Of a stretch of 64,000 bases of DNA, positions 61,460 to 64,000 are shown piece after piece (within the stretch, counting starts at the first letter, position 1; each line of letters opens with the position of its first letter). The translations under genes and the position numbers were made by a program. The notes below the pieces were generated by a model. The model was not told where the DNA came from. It ran no database searches and saw only the letters and a list, made by a program, of their open reading frames with translations. Source of the DNA: Malacoraja senta (lineage: Eukaryota); contig CM075996.1 in NCBI GenBank assembly GCA_038087875.1, positions 3,040,001 to 3,104,000 on the forward strand, read 5' to 3'.

Positions 61460-63995
61460 GACTTGATGGGCCGAATGGCCTAATTCTGCTCCGATCAATG
61501 AAGATCTTATGTCATTATGAATGCCAGGGTGACGGAGGGAGGGGGTCGCCTGCGGGATTCCACTCTGGGGAGTGTTGTCGGAGTGTTAGCTGATGCGTTC
61601 ATCCCCTCGAGTTCCAAATACACAGATGGCCCCCCAATGGGACCGAATGTCAGATGATAAATACAACAAGCGTATTTAACACAGAGGGTGGCACAAACGT
61701 GGAATGAGCTGCCAGAGAAAGTGGCAGAGGCACTTACGGCATTTATAAATCAAAGTGCAATTACAGCAATTAAATCAAACACCTTCATCAGTCAAGAATA
61801 GGCGGCCACGGAGACGCAGCGGTAGAGTTGCTGCCTTACAGCGCTTGCAGCACCGGAGACCCGGGTTCCATCCCGACTACGGGTGCTTGTCTGTACGGAG
61901 TTTGTACCTTCTCCCCGTGACCAGCGTGGGTTTTCTCTGAGATCTTCGGTTTCCTCCCACACTCCAAAGACAATAGACAATAGGTGTAGGAGTAGGCCAT
62001 TCGGCCCTTCGAGCCAGCACCGCCATTCAATGTGATGTACGGGTTTGTAGGTTAATTGGCTTGGTATATATGTAAATTGTCCCTAGTGTGTGTCGGTTTG
62101 TACTGGTGTGTGAGGGTCGCTGGTCGATGTGGACTCGGGGGGCCGGAGGGCCTGTTTCCGCGCTGTATCTCTAAGCTAAACTAAACTGTGGAAGTTAGAT
62201 CGAGTATTCAGAGACATACTGAATTGAATCTCCACAAACTTCCGAGGAAGTAAAGACTTTACTTTACGATAGAACTTTATTCATCTCAGGAGGAACATTG
62301 CTCTGCCAACAGTCATAAAACACAGCAAGATACATGAAACATGAAATTAAAGTGGCGAGTGGAAAGTCCAGGATTGGGATGTGCAAAGATTGGGGAGGAG
62401 GGGGCGTGGGGGGAAGAGGGGAGTCAGTCTAACCCACGACAGAAGGGGGAGGAGTTGTACGGTTTGATAGCCACAGGGAAGAAGGATCTCCTGTGGCGTT
62501 CTGTGCTGCATCTTGGTGGAACCAGTCTGTTGCTGAAGGTGCTCCTCAGGTTGACCAGTGGGTCACGGAGGGGGTGAGCTGTATTGTCCAGGATGCTCCG
62601 CAGTTTGAGGAGCATCCTCCCGCTCCACGACCATCTCCAGCGAATCCAACAAATGAGCTTTAATTGTGGTTGCATCCATGCGCTGGGTCCAGGATGGATC
62701 ACCGGAACTGGGCTGCTTTTACATCTTTACCACCACGGGCCACAGGAGACATGCTAACATTTGTTACAAGGGCACGGGACATAGCCCAGTGGCATGGTGG
62801 ACAACCTGAGTCAGGACAATAGATGGGTTAACATATTGAAACATAGAAACATAGAAAATAGGTGCAGGAGTAGGCCATTAAGCCCTTCGAGCCTGCACCG
62901 CCATTCAATATGATCATGGCTGATCATCCAACTCAGTAGCCCGTACCTGCCTTCTCTCCATACCCCCTGATCCCTTTAGCCACAAGGGCCACATCTAACT
63001 CCCTCTTAAATATAGCCAATGAACTGGCCTCGACTACCCTCTGTGGCAGAGAGTTCCAGAGATTCACCACTCTCTGTGTGAAAAAAGTTCTTCTCATCTC
63101 AGTTTTAAAGGATTTCCCCCTTATCCTTAAGCTGTGACCCCTTGTCCTGGACTTCCCCAACATCGGGAGCAATCTTCCTGCATCTAGCCTGTCCAACCCC
63201 TTAAGAATGTTGTAAGTTTCTATAAGATCCCCTCTCAATCTCCTAAATTCTAGAGAGTATTAACCAAGTCTATCCAGTCTTTCTTCATAAGACAGTCCTG
63301 ACATCCCAGGAATCAGTCTGGTGAACCTTCTCTGCACTCCCTCTATGGCAATAATGTCCTTCCTCAGATTTGGAGACCTAAACTGTACGCAATACTCCAG
63401 GTGTGGTCTCACCAAGACCCTGTACAACTGCAGTAGAACCTCCCTCCTCCTATACTCAAATCCTTTTGCTATGAAAGCTAACATACCATTCGCTTTCTTC
63501 ACTGCCTGCTGCACCTCCATGCCTACTTTCAATGACTGGTGTACCATGACACCCAGGTCTCGCTGCATCTCCCCTTTTCCTAGTCGGCTACCATTTCCTA
63601 GTCGGCCACCATATGACGGCACTGCGCCTGTACTCGCTGGAGTGGAGAAGGATGAGGGGGGGCCTCATAGAAACTTACCGAATAGTGAAAGGCCTGGATA
63701 GAGTGGATGTGGAGAGGATGTTTCCACTAGTGGGGGAGTCTAGGACTAGAGGGCACAGCCTCAGAATTAAAGGACGTTCCTGTAGGAAGGTGATGAGGAG
63801 GAATTTCTTTAGCCAGAAGGTGGTGAATCTGTGGAATTCTTTGCCACAGAAGGTGTGGAGGCCAAGTCAATGGATATTTTTAAGGCGGAGATTGATAGAT
63901 TCTTGATTAGTACGGGTGTCAGGGGTTATGGGGAGAAGGCAGGATAATGGGGTTGAGAGGGAAAGATAGATCAGCCGGGATTGAATGGCGGTGTG
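61460..63995 (+). repeat. Tandem duplication unit 2 (about 2.54 kb)
   Basis: Lacks the 199 bp present at about 59454-59652 in unit 1. Confidence 0.95.
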
Positions 63996-64000
63996 GACTT

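Overview
Repeat-dense vertebrate genomic DNA, very probably from a cartilaginous fish (skate/ray-like), judged by abundant HE1/V-type SINEs and CR1, Rex/Babar, L1/Tx1 and Penelope-like fragments. Hand-splicing recovers a complete 8-coding-exon IL-2/IL-15 receptor beta gene (IL2RB/CD122, + strand, 20180-43766, about 558 aa). It has a signal peptide, two FNIII domains with WSKWS, a TM helix, Box1 PIPDPSKFF, NQGYF and YLSL. Downstream on the same strand are the first two coding exons of a type II membrane protein, most likely TMPRSS6, the mammalian neighbour of IL2RB. Upstream on the minus strand is an isolated fragment with QQIGDYCFLPG, resembling the CSF2RB (common beta chain) cytoplasmic tail, plus a diverged shorter copy. 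Many short Penelope-like ends carry minimal hammerhead-ribozyme cores, often as inverted pairs. The first 15.4 kb is a near-identical 7.35/7.56 kb duplication across a 200-N gap, probably an assembly/haplotype artefact. The last 5.3 kb is a CR1-bounded tandem duplication. I cannot establish a wholly new biological system here. The best leads are the CSF2RB relic and the ribozyme-bearing Penelope ends. Comparisons to human proteins are from memory and need alignment.
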